Origin: the human T2T-CHM13v2.0 reference genome, Homo sapiens
Reading direction: 5' to 3' (one strand)
NCBI RefSeq assembly: GCF_009914755.1
Contig: NC_060942.1
DNA length: 64,000 nucleotides
How positions within the stretch are numbered: position 1 is the first letter of the stretch; every line of letters begins with the position of its first letter. Below, piece by piece: positions 39,317 through 51,281 of the stretch. The notes beneath the pieces are model-generated. The model was given only the letters and a program-made list of their open reading frames with translations, did not search any database and was not told the origin of the DNA. The position numbers and the translations under genes are program-made.

Positions 39317-39770
39317 TGTCATGAGTTGAATTGTGACCCCTAAAAAGACACATTCAAATCCTCATATCTGGGACTTTTAAATGTGACCTTATTTTGAAAT
39401 TACATAACCAAGATAAATTGAGGTCAGACTCAAGGTAGATGGGCCCTTAATCCAATATGACTGCTTTCCCTGTGAAATGAAGACAGAGACCAGACACGCT
39501 GAGAGGGAAGATGGAGTGTGTGAAAACAGAGCCAGGGTTTGGAGTGTTGCAACTTCAAGCCAAGAAACACCAAGAATCGCTGGCAACCACCAGAAGCCAG
39601 GAGAAATGTATGAGACACGTTCTCCCTCTGAACCCCCCAAGAAGAAGCAACCCGACTGACACCTGGATTTCGGATGTCTGGCCTTTGGTACTGTGAAAGA
39701 ATAATTTTTTGTTGATTTAAGCCACTCAGTTTGTACTGCTTCCTTATGGCACCCTTAGCAAACTAACACA
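39317..39770 (+). mobile_element. MLT1C-like MaLR solo LTR
   Basis: TGTCATGAGTTGAATTGTGACCCC...AATGTGACCTTATTT...CAAGCCAAGAAACACCAAGAATCGCTGGCAACCACCAGAAGC...AAACTAACACA. Confidence 0.92.
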
Positions 39771-40239
39771 GGAGGAGAAAAGTCTCCAAAATTTCAACAC
39801 TGGGTTAAAGAGTGACTAATACAAAGTTAAAGAGGGACAATAAAACTGGCAGAAGGAACCGTTTCTTCGTGTGGACTAAACTTTATTTCTTTTAGAAATG
39901 TGGATGCTAATTTTGTCCAGTGAGATGTAAGAGTTAAAAGTATCCCATTGGCATTTTTAAGAACATTTCCTTTATGTTGTAATGGCACTTTATGAGCTTT
40001 TATGTCGTATAATTTACCTGTTGAATGACAACTGAGTATTTGTCTTGTTTTTTTTTTTCATTTTACTGTGGATCATTAAAGATAGAGCCTTCACACTTTC
40101 AAATTCTAAGTAAACAACACAGTGTTGGAAAATAAGTGAGTGGGCGATAACAGGTTTATATTAATGGAATGAATGAATAAGGGAACAAAAGCTAAGCTTT
40201 GGAATAGAACTTTGGGAATGACTAGTATATGCCCTTGGA

Positions 40240-40868
40240 GTGATGAGTACAGGCCCCCAGAGATATTCAGGTTCTAATCTCTGAGACCTGTAACTATGTT
40301 ACGTTGCATTGCAACAGTGACTTTGCAGAGGTAATTAAAATTACACATCTTAACATAAGGAAGTTTCCTTGGATTATCCAGGTGGGATAAATCTTATCAC
40401 GTGAGACCTATGAAGCTGAGAATTTTCTCCAGTCAGAAATAGCAAAGATTCAGCAGAAGGAGAAGTCAGATAAATTAGAAACATGAGAAGGTCTTGATTC
40501 TCTGTTGCAGGTTAGGAGAAAGGGGAGTGAATGATGAAGACCCCAGGTGTATGTCAGTTGCTGAGAGGCTTTCAGATGACAGCCAGTGAGGGAACGTGAA
40601 ACTCATCCCCACAACCACAACGAACTTAATTCTGCCAAGACAGGAATCATCCTGGAAGAACATTCTCTCCTCAGAGCTTCCAGATAATATCCCAGGCTGG
40701 TGGGATATTTGATTTCTGCCTTTTTGGAGAGGAAGCTGAAAAACTAGCTAGGTATACCTAGACCCCTGATCTTCAGAAACTGTGGGAAGAAAACCTTTTT
40801 AAAATGTGTTGTTTAAAACTGCTTAAACTGGTGATAATTTGCTACAGCAGCACGAGAAAACGAATACA
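40240..40868 (+). mobile_element. MLT1E-type MaLR LTR
   Basis: GGCCCCCAGAGATATTCAGGTTCTAATC...GACTTTGCAGAGGTAATTAA...GGATTATCCAGGTGGG...TGGTGATAATTTGCTACAGCAGCA..AGAAAACGAATACA. Confidence 0.88.
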
Positions 40869-40948
40869 TAGAGAACATTTACATATTCCAATGGGTAAAA
40901 GTCCCAAATAATTTAAAGAATACCATAGAAGCAGGAGAATGTGCAAAA

Positions 40949-41597
40949 TCAGGCAAGAGAATAGCAAAAGGAATTAAAAGTTGGATAAAGGGTGGAATGA
41001 GTAAAAGCAGGAGAAGCAAGGTGAAGGGGCAGATGAGCAACAGGCAAGACAAGAGGCAAAAGTTAGGCAGCCAAAACAAAAAGTAAGATTAAAAAAAAAA
41101 AGTGGGAAAGGACACCAAGGTCAGCAAGATCTAGATCAAACCAGTAAGGGGCAGATTTTTTGGGGATAGTTATGTGCATTAAAGATAAAAAGTTTCCTTA
41201 ATATAACACTATGTGATAATCAGTTCATTATAGCTTATGCATCAGGACTGCATATCATGCATGCACTTAAAATTACGGGATGGAGGTGACCATCCTCCAC
41301 GGTCTCAAGGGCCAAAGAAAGCAACACATCTTTTAATCAAAAAGGCAGACACCGGCTAGAGATTAGGCAGCCATGGGAAGAGAAGGAAAAAAACCATCAC
41401 ATGAATAGACCCAAAGTACACCAAACTGAGGCTGATCTCATCTCGCAGAGGTGAGGTCAGTCCGCTGTCCCCCTCCAAGAGTGTAAGCCTGCCCTTAATA
41501 CACTTCTGCTGCTTTGCTTTGCTATCTGTAATTGTCGCATCCAATTCTTTGTTTGGGAAAACAAGATCCTGGACCTGCAAAGCACCATCTGGTAAAA
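40949..41597 (+). mobile_element. ERV1 solo LTR (LTR29-like, MER4 group; subfamily tentative)
   Basis: Start resembling TGAGGCAGGAGAATAGC, GA-rich U3, degenerate polyA region (CTTAATACACTTCTGCTG), U5 TCCAATTCTTTGTTTGGGA...CACCATCTGGTAA. Confidence 0.75.
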
Positions 41598-41619
41598 GAA
41601 GTTTGAGGACAACATGGGA

Positions 41620-41862
41620 ATTTCAGAGCCAGTCTCCCTGGTTTCAAATTGCAGCTCTGTAACCCATTGCTTTTCACAGTGGGGGTAATTTATTTACCCT
41701 AAATCTTAGTTTTCATATCTGTAAAACAGGGAGACATTTTCTGTCTTAAAAAGTTCTTGAGCAGGTAAAATCAAAATTGATTAATGTAAATAATGAGCTT
41801 AAAATAATGCCCAACATGTGGTAACTAACAAAAAAATGAGTTATTTTCATTATTGTTATTAT
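41620..41862 (+). mobile_element. MIR SINE
   Basis: CCTGGTTTCAAATTGCAGCTCTG...CTTAGTTTTCATATCTGTAAAACAGGG...GAGCTTAAAATAATGCC...TATTGTTATTA tail. Confidence 0.75.
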
Positions 41863-42303
41863 AATGATCATTTAGGGGCAAGGGGATTATACCCCCAGAC
41901 TAGTAAAATAAGAATCCAATGTATGCTTATTAAACAAGGAAAATGAATATGTTAATGAAAGAAATAAAGAAATGAGAGTAAATAGCAGTCATAAAGGTCT
42001 GAACTTCAGCCTAGAAGAGTATAAGCAAATTTGAAGCAAGAAAGACTTTCAAAAAATGTGACAGTAAAGAATATTAGAACCTCTGAAGAAAAACTCTGAT
42101 TTTATTAGGAAGAATTTTGAGGTAAACCACTTACATATCATCCTCAGAAAATTTACACTATTTATGTGTTATAAATAGACAATATGTATTTTGTGAATGA
42201 CAGAAAAGAAAATATGAAAAAAAAGAGTTTGGATGTGGAGACCAACAAGATTGTGTATTGACAGTTTCTGTGTACACAGATACCGAACTAAGAGAAAGAT
42301 GGG

Positions 42304-42508
42304 TGATATGGTTTGGCTCCGGGTCCCCACCCAAACCTCATCTTGTAGCTCCCATAATTCCCACGTGTTGTAGGAAAGACCCATAGGAGATGATCGAATC
42401 ATGGGGGTTGGTCGTTGCCATGCTGTTCTCATGATAGCGAACTCTTGTGAAATCTGATGGTTTTAAAAATGGAAATTTATCTGTACAAGCTCTCTCTTTA
42501 CCTGCTGC
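42304..42508 (+). mobile_element. THE1 (THE1A-like) LTR, 5' half only, interrupted by an ERV1
   Basis: TGATATGGTTTGGCTC...TCATCTTGTAGCTCCCATAATTCCCACGTGTTG...ACAAGCTCTCTCTTTACCTGCTGC then abrupt switch to another LTR. Confidence 0.93.
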
Positions 42509-43084
42509 TGATATAGGAATTCAGAAGAAATAACTTAGGCAGATAGCAAGGGTATGGGAGTCCTCCATAAGGCTTTTCTTTTTAATGAAAAGCAACCCTA
42601 AATCATTTTCTAACAAAGAACAGCCTGCAAGCTGGGAGCTTGCATAGGTGAATGCCAGCAGGAGCTAAGGACTAGATATTTTCATGATGGTGGCTCCATC
42701 TTCCTTTCTCTGCTAGCTGCATGTACTGTAAAGGAGCAGACAAGATGGTGCTGATCAACTGGAAAGCTCATTTGAATAAGAAGATTAGGGTGGAGTGACC
42801 AGCCTTCTCCATGCACTATGTAAATGTCATGCGTGATTGAACCAATCTATGAGCCCCATGTAAATCAGACACTTCCTCCTCAAACTGGACTATAAAACTC
42901 AGCTGCCAGCCAGTCCTTTCCACTTGGAGACCCCTTCCTCTAAAGAGGAAACTGTTTTTCTTTCTCTTCTCTTCTACTTATTAAACCTCTGCTCCTAAAC
43001 TCCTCATGCGTGTTGTGTCCTAAATTTTCCTGGCATGCAACAACAAACTCCAGGGTACAAACTCCAGACAATGTAGCTGCTTCA
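42509..43084 (+). mobile_element. ERV1 5' LTR (MER61/MER51/LTR9-type, HUERS-P/MER4 group)
   Basis: TG...CA termini, CCAAT 42842, TATAAAA 42891, ATTAAA 42980, immediately followed by a primer-binding site. Confidence 0.9.
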
Positions 43085-43087
43085 TAC

Positions 43088-43105
43088 TGGGGGCTCATCT
43101 GGGAT
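43088..43105 (+). promoter_or_regulatory. Retroviral primer-binding site, tRNA-Pro
   Basis: TGGGGGCTCATCTGGGAT vs tRNA-Pro PBS TGGGGGCTCGTCCGGGAT; both differences are CpG-decay transitions; 3 nt after the LTR end. Confidence 0.92.
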
Positions 43106-43734
43106 ATCAAGGTACAACATTCATCAAACTGTGAGTAGAAGAGTGGACTCGAACTCTCTCCTTTCATTCCAAGGCTCTTGGTCTCCATTTTAGAAACAAA
43201 TCAAATCAAATACTGGGACCCCTTCCGCCATTTTAAAAACGATTAGTATGGCTCCCAGCCTTATAAGACTTAGGGAACAGGCTTATTGGGGAGAACATGG
43301 AGAATCTCTCAGCACCCATGGGTTGCTTGGTATATTGGCCATGTTTAAACCTGCTTCCTTTCATGGAGGACTTAGCCATTGTATGGGATTGGAAGAAGTC
43401 CTGGGGCAATTGAGGATTTCTGGCAGGGGCTATCCCTCAGTGTTATCCAAAGGCTTCTGGACTGACCCCAGCCTCCGACTGCCTCCGACTGCCCCAATGG
43501 GGTGTCAACAACCAGATCTCTAACTTTTCTATCCTAATTTCCTCCTTTCCTGTTTGTGACCCTCATACTTCTTATCCTCTCTTATGCAATGTGCAGGAAG
43601 TTTGACAGTTCAGAGAAGTAACTTTGGCAAGATTAGAGAACGTCATAGTAACTGGGGATACAACTCAAGGAAAGGTGTTTTTGTGATTTTTTAGGAACAG
43701 AGCACCGCCCTACTCCTGCCAACAGTGAGTGTCT

Positions 43735-43860
43735 CTCTCTGCCCTTGGTCTGGACAGCACATGGCAATTCCAGGTCACTCTCTGCCCTTGGTCTTGAGAG
43801 CACATAGCAGGTCAAGGTCACTCTGCCCTTGGTCTGGAGAACACATGACATTTCAAGGGC
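43735..43860 (+). repeat. Tandem repeat, three ~42-bp units, in the ERV leader
   Basis: Unit CTCTGCCCTTGGTCT(G/T)GA(C/G)A(G/A)CACAT...CA(A)GGTCA repeated three times. Confidence 0.9.
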
Positions 43861-44622
43861 AACGGCGAAACCTAGTGGAATAGGGATCCTCTCCATGAAG
43901 CACATTGTTGGTCCTTCTCCAAAACACCCTACCTTCCCAATTATCTCCCCTTTTTGTGCCTCTCTACTAGAAACCAGTCTTTATGCTACTTCTGTACAAG
44001 GGAAAATTCTGCCTTCAACAACTAGGAGTAAACTATCCTCCCAAGCCAAATTTTAGTCTCCATATTGTCCCATCAGCAGGAAAACGGCCATTTGGTCCCT
44101 ACATTTTTTTAAGGCAGTTAGTCTGCCTCCAATTAGAATGATACTTAATTAGTAAGGAGATTTTAAGTTTGGAAGCTAAACCAAACCAGAACCATTCTCT
44201 AAGAGTAAATGCTTTAGCACGTAGCATAATAGCAGGGTATAGAGTTCAAACCAGCACACTTCCTCCATTAAGGAGGGAAGTGCAACAGTTGCCTAAATGC
44301 AAGTGTCACATAGTCTCTCCCAAGATCCATTTTTCAGGGAGCCTGGCAGTTCACACGAGTCTAGGAAGTCAAAGGGAAGTCACAGGCAGAGGACTAGAGC
44401 CACTTGGGTGTGCATGACAAACCCCAGTTGCTTACTTCATCTTGTTTCATGTCTGGGGGTTCACACCTGCAACCATGGGTGGCACTTTCAACAAGGTGCT
44501 GGGACCCAGGGACTACAGGGGGAAAACAGCTGGGGGGATGCCCCCATTGTCTTCCTTTCCACCCTGGGTCACACCAAAAGGAAGGAAACTGAAGAGAGGC
44601 CTTTTCTCACTTCTCTTTCTAG

Positions 44623-45350
44623 GTGGGTACCATCTTCAGTCTGCACTTCCCTGGAGTGCATTCAGAAGCACTGGGGCTCCTTTTATCCTGAGACTTTAAA
44701 GAAAAAGCAGCTCATTTTCTTTTGCACGAAGGCATGACCTTCTTATCCTCTTGAACCAGCCTGGTCTGTGGAGGGAAGCCATGATTTTAAAACTGTCCAA
44801 CAATGAACCTTTCCTGCAGACTGGAGGGCAAATGGTTCAAGGACCCTTATGTACAGACTTTCTTTGCCATGTTAGACAACCCAGACCTTTGCAAGCATTG
44901 CACAACTGAACCAGCCCTTTTAGCAATCATATCAGGCAGGCCCAAAGATAATAATACCCCAAAATTAGAGAAGCAACTTCCAGGAGAACCATCTGAGGAT
45001 CCCTCTTATCTGGGGCCCCTTCGTGATCCCTTGTCAATACAGCACCTTAGACAAATAAAGGGAGACTTAGGCCAATTTTCTAATGACCCTGATAGGAATA
45101 TAGCTTTCCAAAATTTAACTCACGTATTTGACCTCTCATGGAGGGATGTTGTGCTGCTCCTAAGCCAAACCCTAACAGCAGCTGAGAAGCAGGCAGCTCT
45201 GCAGGCAGCGGAGTAATTTGGTGATGAGCAATATATTTCCTACTGCAGGCCTAAACGGAAAAGAGAAAATAAGAAAAGTGAAGAAATAGGGGAAACATTT
45301 CCAATATGAAGACAGGCAGTACCTCTTGACAAACCTAATTGGAACCCTCA
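44623..45350 (+). pseudogene. gag: Gammaretrovirus-like gag remnant (matrix plus capsid N-terminus) with stops and frameshifts
   Basis: [88 protein letters not shown] resemble HERV-W/HERV9-group Gag. Confidence 0.9.
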
Positions 45351-45934
45351 GACTTTTCTATGGTGTTTTTCCTTCTTTCATGGTTTAAAATTGCTCCTTT
45401 CTCTTCTTGTATGTTCCTCCAAACTAGGGAAATTTAATTTCTCCAAACCTTAAAATGCTTGGCTTAGAGTTGAGGTAGGGGGAAAGGAACCCAGAAGCCT
45501 GACTTGCTGGCAAAAGGGTTAAAGTTTCTTTTTTTTGTTTTTGTTTGTTTGTTTGTTTTCTTTTTTTTTTTTCTTAACAGTCAAGCTTTTGGCTTCTCTC
45601 TACCTATGCACACTGGCAAAATGGATAGTAAGGATCACTGTTTATATTCTTTTTAAAGTTTTAATCAATGAAATAGGATTCTAGTGAAGTTGGTTGTAAG
45701 CTGTAGGCACTCTGGCTTGCTTTGCATGTCTTTCTGTATGGTGCTGTCAAAAGAAAGGGTACCTTACATTAGAATGCAGGCCCAGGGTACCATAAGCCTA
45801 CTGTTCAAGGCAGCCCCATAAAATGGTCAGTTACAAACATGGCTATAGGCCTCCATCTTGTTTCACATCCTTGGCAACATGACCTGTAACCACGTTGCAA
45901 TACTTTTTTTAGTCTCTACTATTTTACAATGGTG

Positions 45935-46363
45935 GCTGTCTCCTTGTGCTAAGTCCATTTCTGGGTGGTGGCCACAAAATCAGGTAAGCCAGTTTATCAG
46001 TGTGGGTGGTGCCAGCTGATCCATCAAGGGCAGTGTTTATAAAATGTCTTAAACAATGATTGAAAGCAATTTTGGGAGGGTCAAAATCTTGTAGCCTCCA
46101 GCTCTGTGACTCCTAGGTGATGGTTTCTAATCTTGCAGCTATTTTTTTGGTCTGGTCCCCAGGAAAGAGGGAAAAATATTTTTAAAAAGGGGCTGTTACC
46201 ATCTTTGTTTTAGACTATAAACTGTAAACCAGGCTCCTCCCAAAGTTAGTTTCGCCTACGCCCAGGGATGGGCAAGGACAGGTTGGAAGCTAGAAACAAA
46301 ATGAAGTTGGTTGGGTCAGATTTTTTTCACTATCTCAGTCACAATTTTGCAATGATGGCTTCA
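45935..46363 (-). mobile_element. LTR8-like LTR fragment, antisense, embedded in the ERV internal region
   Basis: Reverse complement starts TGAAGCCATCATTGCAAAATTGTGACTGAGATAGTGAAA...CCTGGGCGTAGGCGAAACTAACTTTGGGAGG...GATGGATCAGCTGGCACCACCCA, the LTR8 5' portion. Confidence 0.82.
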
Positions 46364-46754
46364 AAAGCTGCTTATCACCCCTTTGAAAATTCCTCGTACA
46401 CTCGAAATTAAGTCATAACCTAATTAAGCCATGTTGGTTTCACCTGTGAGGTTACTTTTAGTAAAGTTCAAAAACTGTCTCAGTCAACTGAATTATTTTT
46501 CTCTATTTTTTTGTCTTTCCACTCTTAATGCACACATGAGAGGCCCTAAGATAACTTCTGGTAGCATGAGACTTTTTTTGGGAAAAACAGAGGATGTGCC
46601 ACAGACTCTGTTTTGTGAAAAACAAATAAACAGACAAACTCTGTTTTCCTCATGAAATCCCAGAAATTAAAGGCGGATAGATCCTTCTCAAAATCAAACG
46701 CTCTCTTTGGTTTTGCACTGTTTTATCTGACAATTTTGAGTTTTGGAGTATACC

Positions 46755-46915
46755 CACTTCGGGAAAATGTTTGGTTTAATTGCTAAAATTTAACATGCAT
46801 ATACCCCATGACACAGCCTTTCAATTAAAATCAAAATCGGTACCTATATTTACTAAAAGACAAATACAATAATGTTCACAGCAGGTTTATTACCAAACTG
46901 GTAACAACAAAAACA
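46755..46915 (+). mobile_element. Old L1ME-type ORF2 3' fragment
   Basis: CCACTTCGGGAAAATGTTTGG...AACATGCATATACCCCATGACACAGC...AATGTTCACAGCAG. Confidence 0.6.
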
Positions 46916-47879
46916 TTCCACTTACATTCACTTAGTTCTTTTGTACAAATTGCCCCCAACCCCATCCTGTAGTGTCTTAATATCTAAATTAAAATATCTA
47001 TTAAGATACAATTTTTTAAAAATAATAATTGACATACTATTCTATGTGATTTCAGTCAATGACTCTTACAGTTAACAATATTAATTAAAATGTAACTTTC
47101 AAATAAAATCTGCAAATACTTGACAAGTGTTTTGCATCTTGTTGCTTTTCCATTTCATGGATAAGCCAAATTAAATGCAAAGAGTAATTAAGTGTGCACT
47201 CAGAGTAATAAGGTGGCTCAAGTGATGGTGAAGCAAGAAGCTGGAGTAAATTAGGAGGAAGTAGAGAAAAGTCCTGAAAGACAGAACCGGAACTTCCGTG
47301 TCACTCAGACAGGACTTGCATAAAGCTGGATTTATAATGAGGCAAGGACCACAAATTGGAGTGCTACATTACCTTGTCTATCTATATTCCCATGTACTAA
47401 CCAGCTCCTGCAGCTCAAAATCGCCCATGGATATGACAAAACACAGCAGCTTCCACAGGGTGAATTACATAAAAAGTGTCAAGTTGTACAGATATGACTA
47501 TTTTTGAAACCTGCTTTCTCTCAGAAAATTATGCATATTTTTCTCAATGTATTTCTTCTTAAATATAATAATTTTCTTTCCTATTTCTGTAGAGTAGGTC
47601 CAAATTGCCCATTGCTGCTTTTCACCCTTGAATCTGACCTCTAGGTATCATTATTTTCTCCCTGTTTTGCTTGACTTATAGGCCTCATTAATCATATATT
47701 TATTATTCTATGTCAATAAAAATCAATACATTTTTCTTTATTTAAAGCACTTTTTTTCCCCTCAGGAGAGAAGCATAGTCCATATTCAATTATACACAGA
47801 ACATGAGGTATAATTAAGTGTTAAACGTTTGTAATATGGAGGTCCATGGCACAAATTCATGTGAAAGCAGTAGCCAATT

Positions 47880-48005
47880 TTTCCCACTAGAATGTCAGGA
47901 CTATAAATGCATGATATTTTTTCTATTTTGTTTACGCTTGCATCTCCAATACTAGGACAGTTTCTGGTACATAGATGGTGCCCAATCATATTTTATTTTA
48001 ACTAA
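47880..48005 (+). mobile_element. L2 LINE 3' end
   Basis: CCCACTAGAATGTCAG...TTTTGTTTAC..TGCATCTCCAATACTAGGACAGTTTCTGGTACATAGATGGTGCCCAAT. Confidence 0.8.
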
Positions 48006-48799
48006 TTTGTGACTCAGAGGCTTATGAGAAGGAAAAAACAAAACATACGCCATGGAGTGAAGCAGAGTCAAGGATTCTGTGAAGAGGATCATGGTACTTG
48101 AGAGATAGACTCAGGCTCGCCTAGAGATGAGAATTTAACTGGAGACAATCCAAGACATAGATCCTTTCTGTCCACAGATCACCTATCATTTTAATCAAAG
48201 GGAGGAAAAAAACAGGAGGCGTATTCTTAGATTCCCAACATCACAGGGAACAGCCAAACTCCCCGTGTGGCACAGGTGGAATCAAGTGCTCTTCCATGGT
48301 AGTGTGGAATTTAAAAAACAAAACAAAAAAAAAAAGGTTGTACATTTCTTGCCTGACACTAAGCCTCTACCTGTTACTGTCATCTAGAAAGAAAAATGAT
48401 CTGAATTCTAGCATTTTACTCTAGCTGTGTACATGTATCCACCCATTCCCACCACCATTACCATCTCAGAGAACGGCAAGCCCGTTTTCTTCCTCAGTTC
48501 TTATTCCTCCAGCTATTTATGTAGTCTCGCCTTAAGTAGCTTCTACCTCAGGACCCAGAACCCAGTAACAAGGAAGACGTGAGTTCTCTGACTCCTCTTG
48601 TGCAAATATTTCTCTAAGAAATTTCCCATTTCCCTCTCAAATGCCAGTGAAAGAGGAAGGGGAAAGATACTTCCAAAGAGTCAATGGTCAAGAAGTGGCT
48701 GAGGGGAATCCTGGGATGAAAGAAGGAAATGGAAGAGAAGAAGCTAGACCATCCATCCCACGGCATCTGATTCCTTGGAGAGAGATAATGATGGTAGCA

Positions 48800-49172
48800 A
48801 GACAAAAATGCCAGTTCCTCACTTACTTAAGACATTACAGGTTCACTTCATTCTCATGTCACAATACAATAAAGATCAGTAGGAAGGTTCTGTAACATGA
48901 TCTGATTCAGGCTTCTTCCATGATGTGGATTCACCAAAGCTGTGGATTTAGAATCCTCCCCAGTATGCTTTGAATCCAGCCAGGATGTAAAATGAGGGAC
49001 AGAGCTGTGGAGGCTTGTGCAGGTTTAGTGTTCCAGGCATAGAGGTGTCTTTCATAGTTACCCCCATTCTGTTGGCCAGTCACATGGCCCTCCCTGCTGG
49101 GAAGTATATAGGAAAGATAGCATGTGTGTACAGAAAAAAAAAATGGGATTGATTAATTCTGCCAGAATCTTC
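48800..49172 (-). mobile_element. Old MaLR LTR (MLT1K/L-like)
   Basis: CCAGGCATAGAGGTG...CCCATTCTGTTGGCCAGTCACATGGCCC...GCTGGGAAGTATA resembles antisense MLT1K/L. Confidence 0.6.
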
Positions 49173-50834
49173 CCTTCTAGTTGTTAAGTATTTATTTCAT
49201 TCTTTATCACACACAGTATATGCTGACTTTTTGCAAAGAAACATATCCCAAAGTTCAGTGCAGGAAGTAATTTCATCCATCTTTATATTAGGATTTCCAA
49301 AAATTTATTCCCATTTTGACCAGACATAGCTAAGGCACTTGTATTTCAACTATTATAGAAGTATATGCATAAAGAATGTATATGTGTAGTACCTAGGACA
49401 GTATTAATAGTAGCCAATATTCCCACTTGGAATAAAAGAGGTATGAAATGTTAGAGAAACAGAACAAAACCAAACAGTAGTCACTGGTTCACAACTATCT
49501 GAACTGCTCTAGGTAGACATTGCAAGGATATCCTGCCTTGGGAGTGGGGAAATTACTTGATTACTCCCTGATCCTGCATTATTTGCTAGGTTCGTGTCTC
49601 CCTTGTCCATTTCCTCTGTAGCTGAGGAGGATATTTCTTTGGTTAATCTGGGTTCTTTGCATCTCCATATGAATTTTAGGACAAACTAGTAAACTTCTGC
49701 AAAAGAAGAAAACTGGATTTTAATAGAGATTAAATAAAGTCTGTAAAAGAGTTTAGGAGGTATTACTGATTCAGAAATATTAAGTTATCTGATCCATGAA
49801 TATAGAATGTCTTTCCATTTACCTGGGTCCTCTTGAATTTATTTTTGCAATGTTTTGTTTTTTTCAGGGTACAGATCTTGTATTTCTTTATGAGGTTTAT
49901 TCCTGAGTATTTTGATTTTTGAAGCAATAAAAATATAATGGTATTAGTAATTTCATTTTTGGATTTGTCATTGCTAGTGTACAAAATACAATTGATTCTT
50001 CCCTATTGATGTTGTATTCTGCAACCTTACTGAAATCATTCATTTTCAAGTTGTTTTTTGTTTTGTTTTGTAAATCCTTTAGGATTTCCTCTATATAAGA
50101 TAATATCATCTGCAATAGATATATCAATAGATACAGATCTATACTTTATTTCTTATCTGAAAGTCATTACTTATTTTTTATTTTCTGCCTAATTGCCCTG
50201 ACTACAGCTTCCTCTACAATTTCGAAAATAAATGATGAGAGTAGTTATCCTTGTCTTGGCCTTGATCTTAGGAGAAAAAGTTTTCATTCTTAAACCATTA
50301 AATTTGATGCTAGTTGTGTGTTTTTCATAGATACATTTTATTGGGTTGAGGAAGTTCCCTTCTATGCTTAGTTTGTTGAGTGTTTTATCATAAAAAGCTC
50401 AGATGTTATAAATGCTTTATATATATATATATATATAAATGTGGTGAGATTTTTGTGGGGTTTTTGCTTTTTATTATATTAATATAGTGTATTATCTTGC
50501 TTGATTTTTCTAATTAAACCTATCTTGCTTTCCTGGGATGAAGACAACTTGGTCATGGTATGTAATCTCTTCTATATTTTGCTGGATTTTGTCTGTTAGT
50601 ATTTTGTTGAGGAATTTAATATGTATATTCACATTGTATGTGCAGTATTGGTCTGCAGGGTTTCTTTTGCCTAATTTTGGTATTACTATTTGTCTGATTT
50701 TGGAATTATTTGTCTGATTTGTCCAATTATTTGTCTAATTTTGGTATCAGGGTAATAATGGTCTCATAGAATGAGTTGGGAAATATTTTCATTCTCTGAC
50801 TTTTTGGAAGACTGTATAAAGGGTACATATTTTC

Positions 50835-51281
50835 TCTTCTTTTTTAAATTATACTTTAAGTTCTAGGGTACATGTGCACAACGTGCAGGTTTGTTACATA
50901 TGTATACATGTGCCATGTTTGTGTGCTGCACCCAGTAACTCGTCATTTAACATTAGGTATATCTCCAAATGCTATCCCTCCCCCCTCCCCCCACCCTACA
51001 AAAGGCCCCGGTGTGTGATGTTCCCCTTCCTGGGTCCATGTGTTCTCATTGTTCAATTTCCACCTATGAGTGAGAACATGTGGTGTTTGGTTTTTTGTCC
51101 TTGCGATAGTTTGCTGAGAATGATGGTTTCCAGCTTCATCCATGTCCCTACAAAGGACATGAACTCATCATTTTTTCTGGCTGCATAGTATTCCATGGTG
51201 TATATGTGCCACATTTTCTTAATCCAGTCTATCATTGTTGGACATTTGGCTTGGTTCCAAGTCTTTGCTATTGTGAATAGT
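50835..51281 (-). mobile_element. Young L1PA (about L1PA3-5) 3' end, ~450 bp, nested in the L1M
   Basis: TTATACTTTAAGTTCTAGGGTACATGTGCACAACGTGCAGGTTTG...GCTATCCCTCCCCCCTCCCCCCACCC...CCAAGTCTTTGCTATTGTGAATAGT; peptide TIAKTWNQAKCPTMIDWIKKMWHIYTMEYYAA. Confidence 0.96.

Larger units (their letters stand above)
43085..46752 (+). mobile_element. ERV1 internal region (HUERS-P3/MER61-int-like), 3'-truncated, no recognisable pol, env or 3' LTR
   Basis: PBS, GTGAGT donor-like site at 43131, long leader, gag remnant, then AT-rich non-coding internal sequence ending abruptly against an L1ME fragment. Confidence 0.85.

Noticed and set aside
43735-43860. Three ~42-bp repeats as a CRISPR-like array
   Set aside because: Head-to-tail units without unique spacers, inside an ERV leader.
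44623-45350. Domesticated or intact gag gene
   Set aside because: Start codon degenerate, in-frame stop after FFCTKA, frameshifts, stop at 45216; no downstream capsid C-terminus, nucleocapsid or pol.
50668-50750. Repeated TTTGTCT(G/A)ATTT units
   Set aside because: Local slippage expansion within L1M sequence; ordinary.
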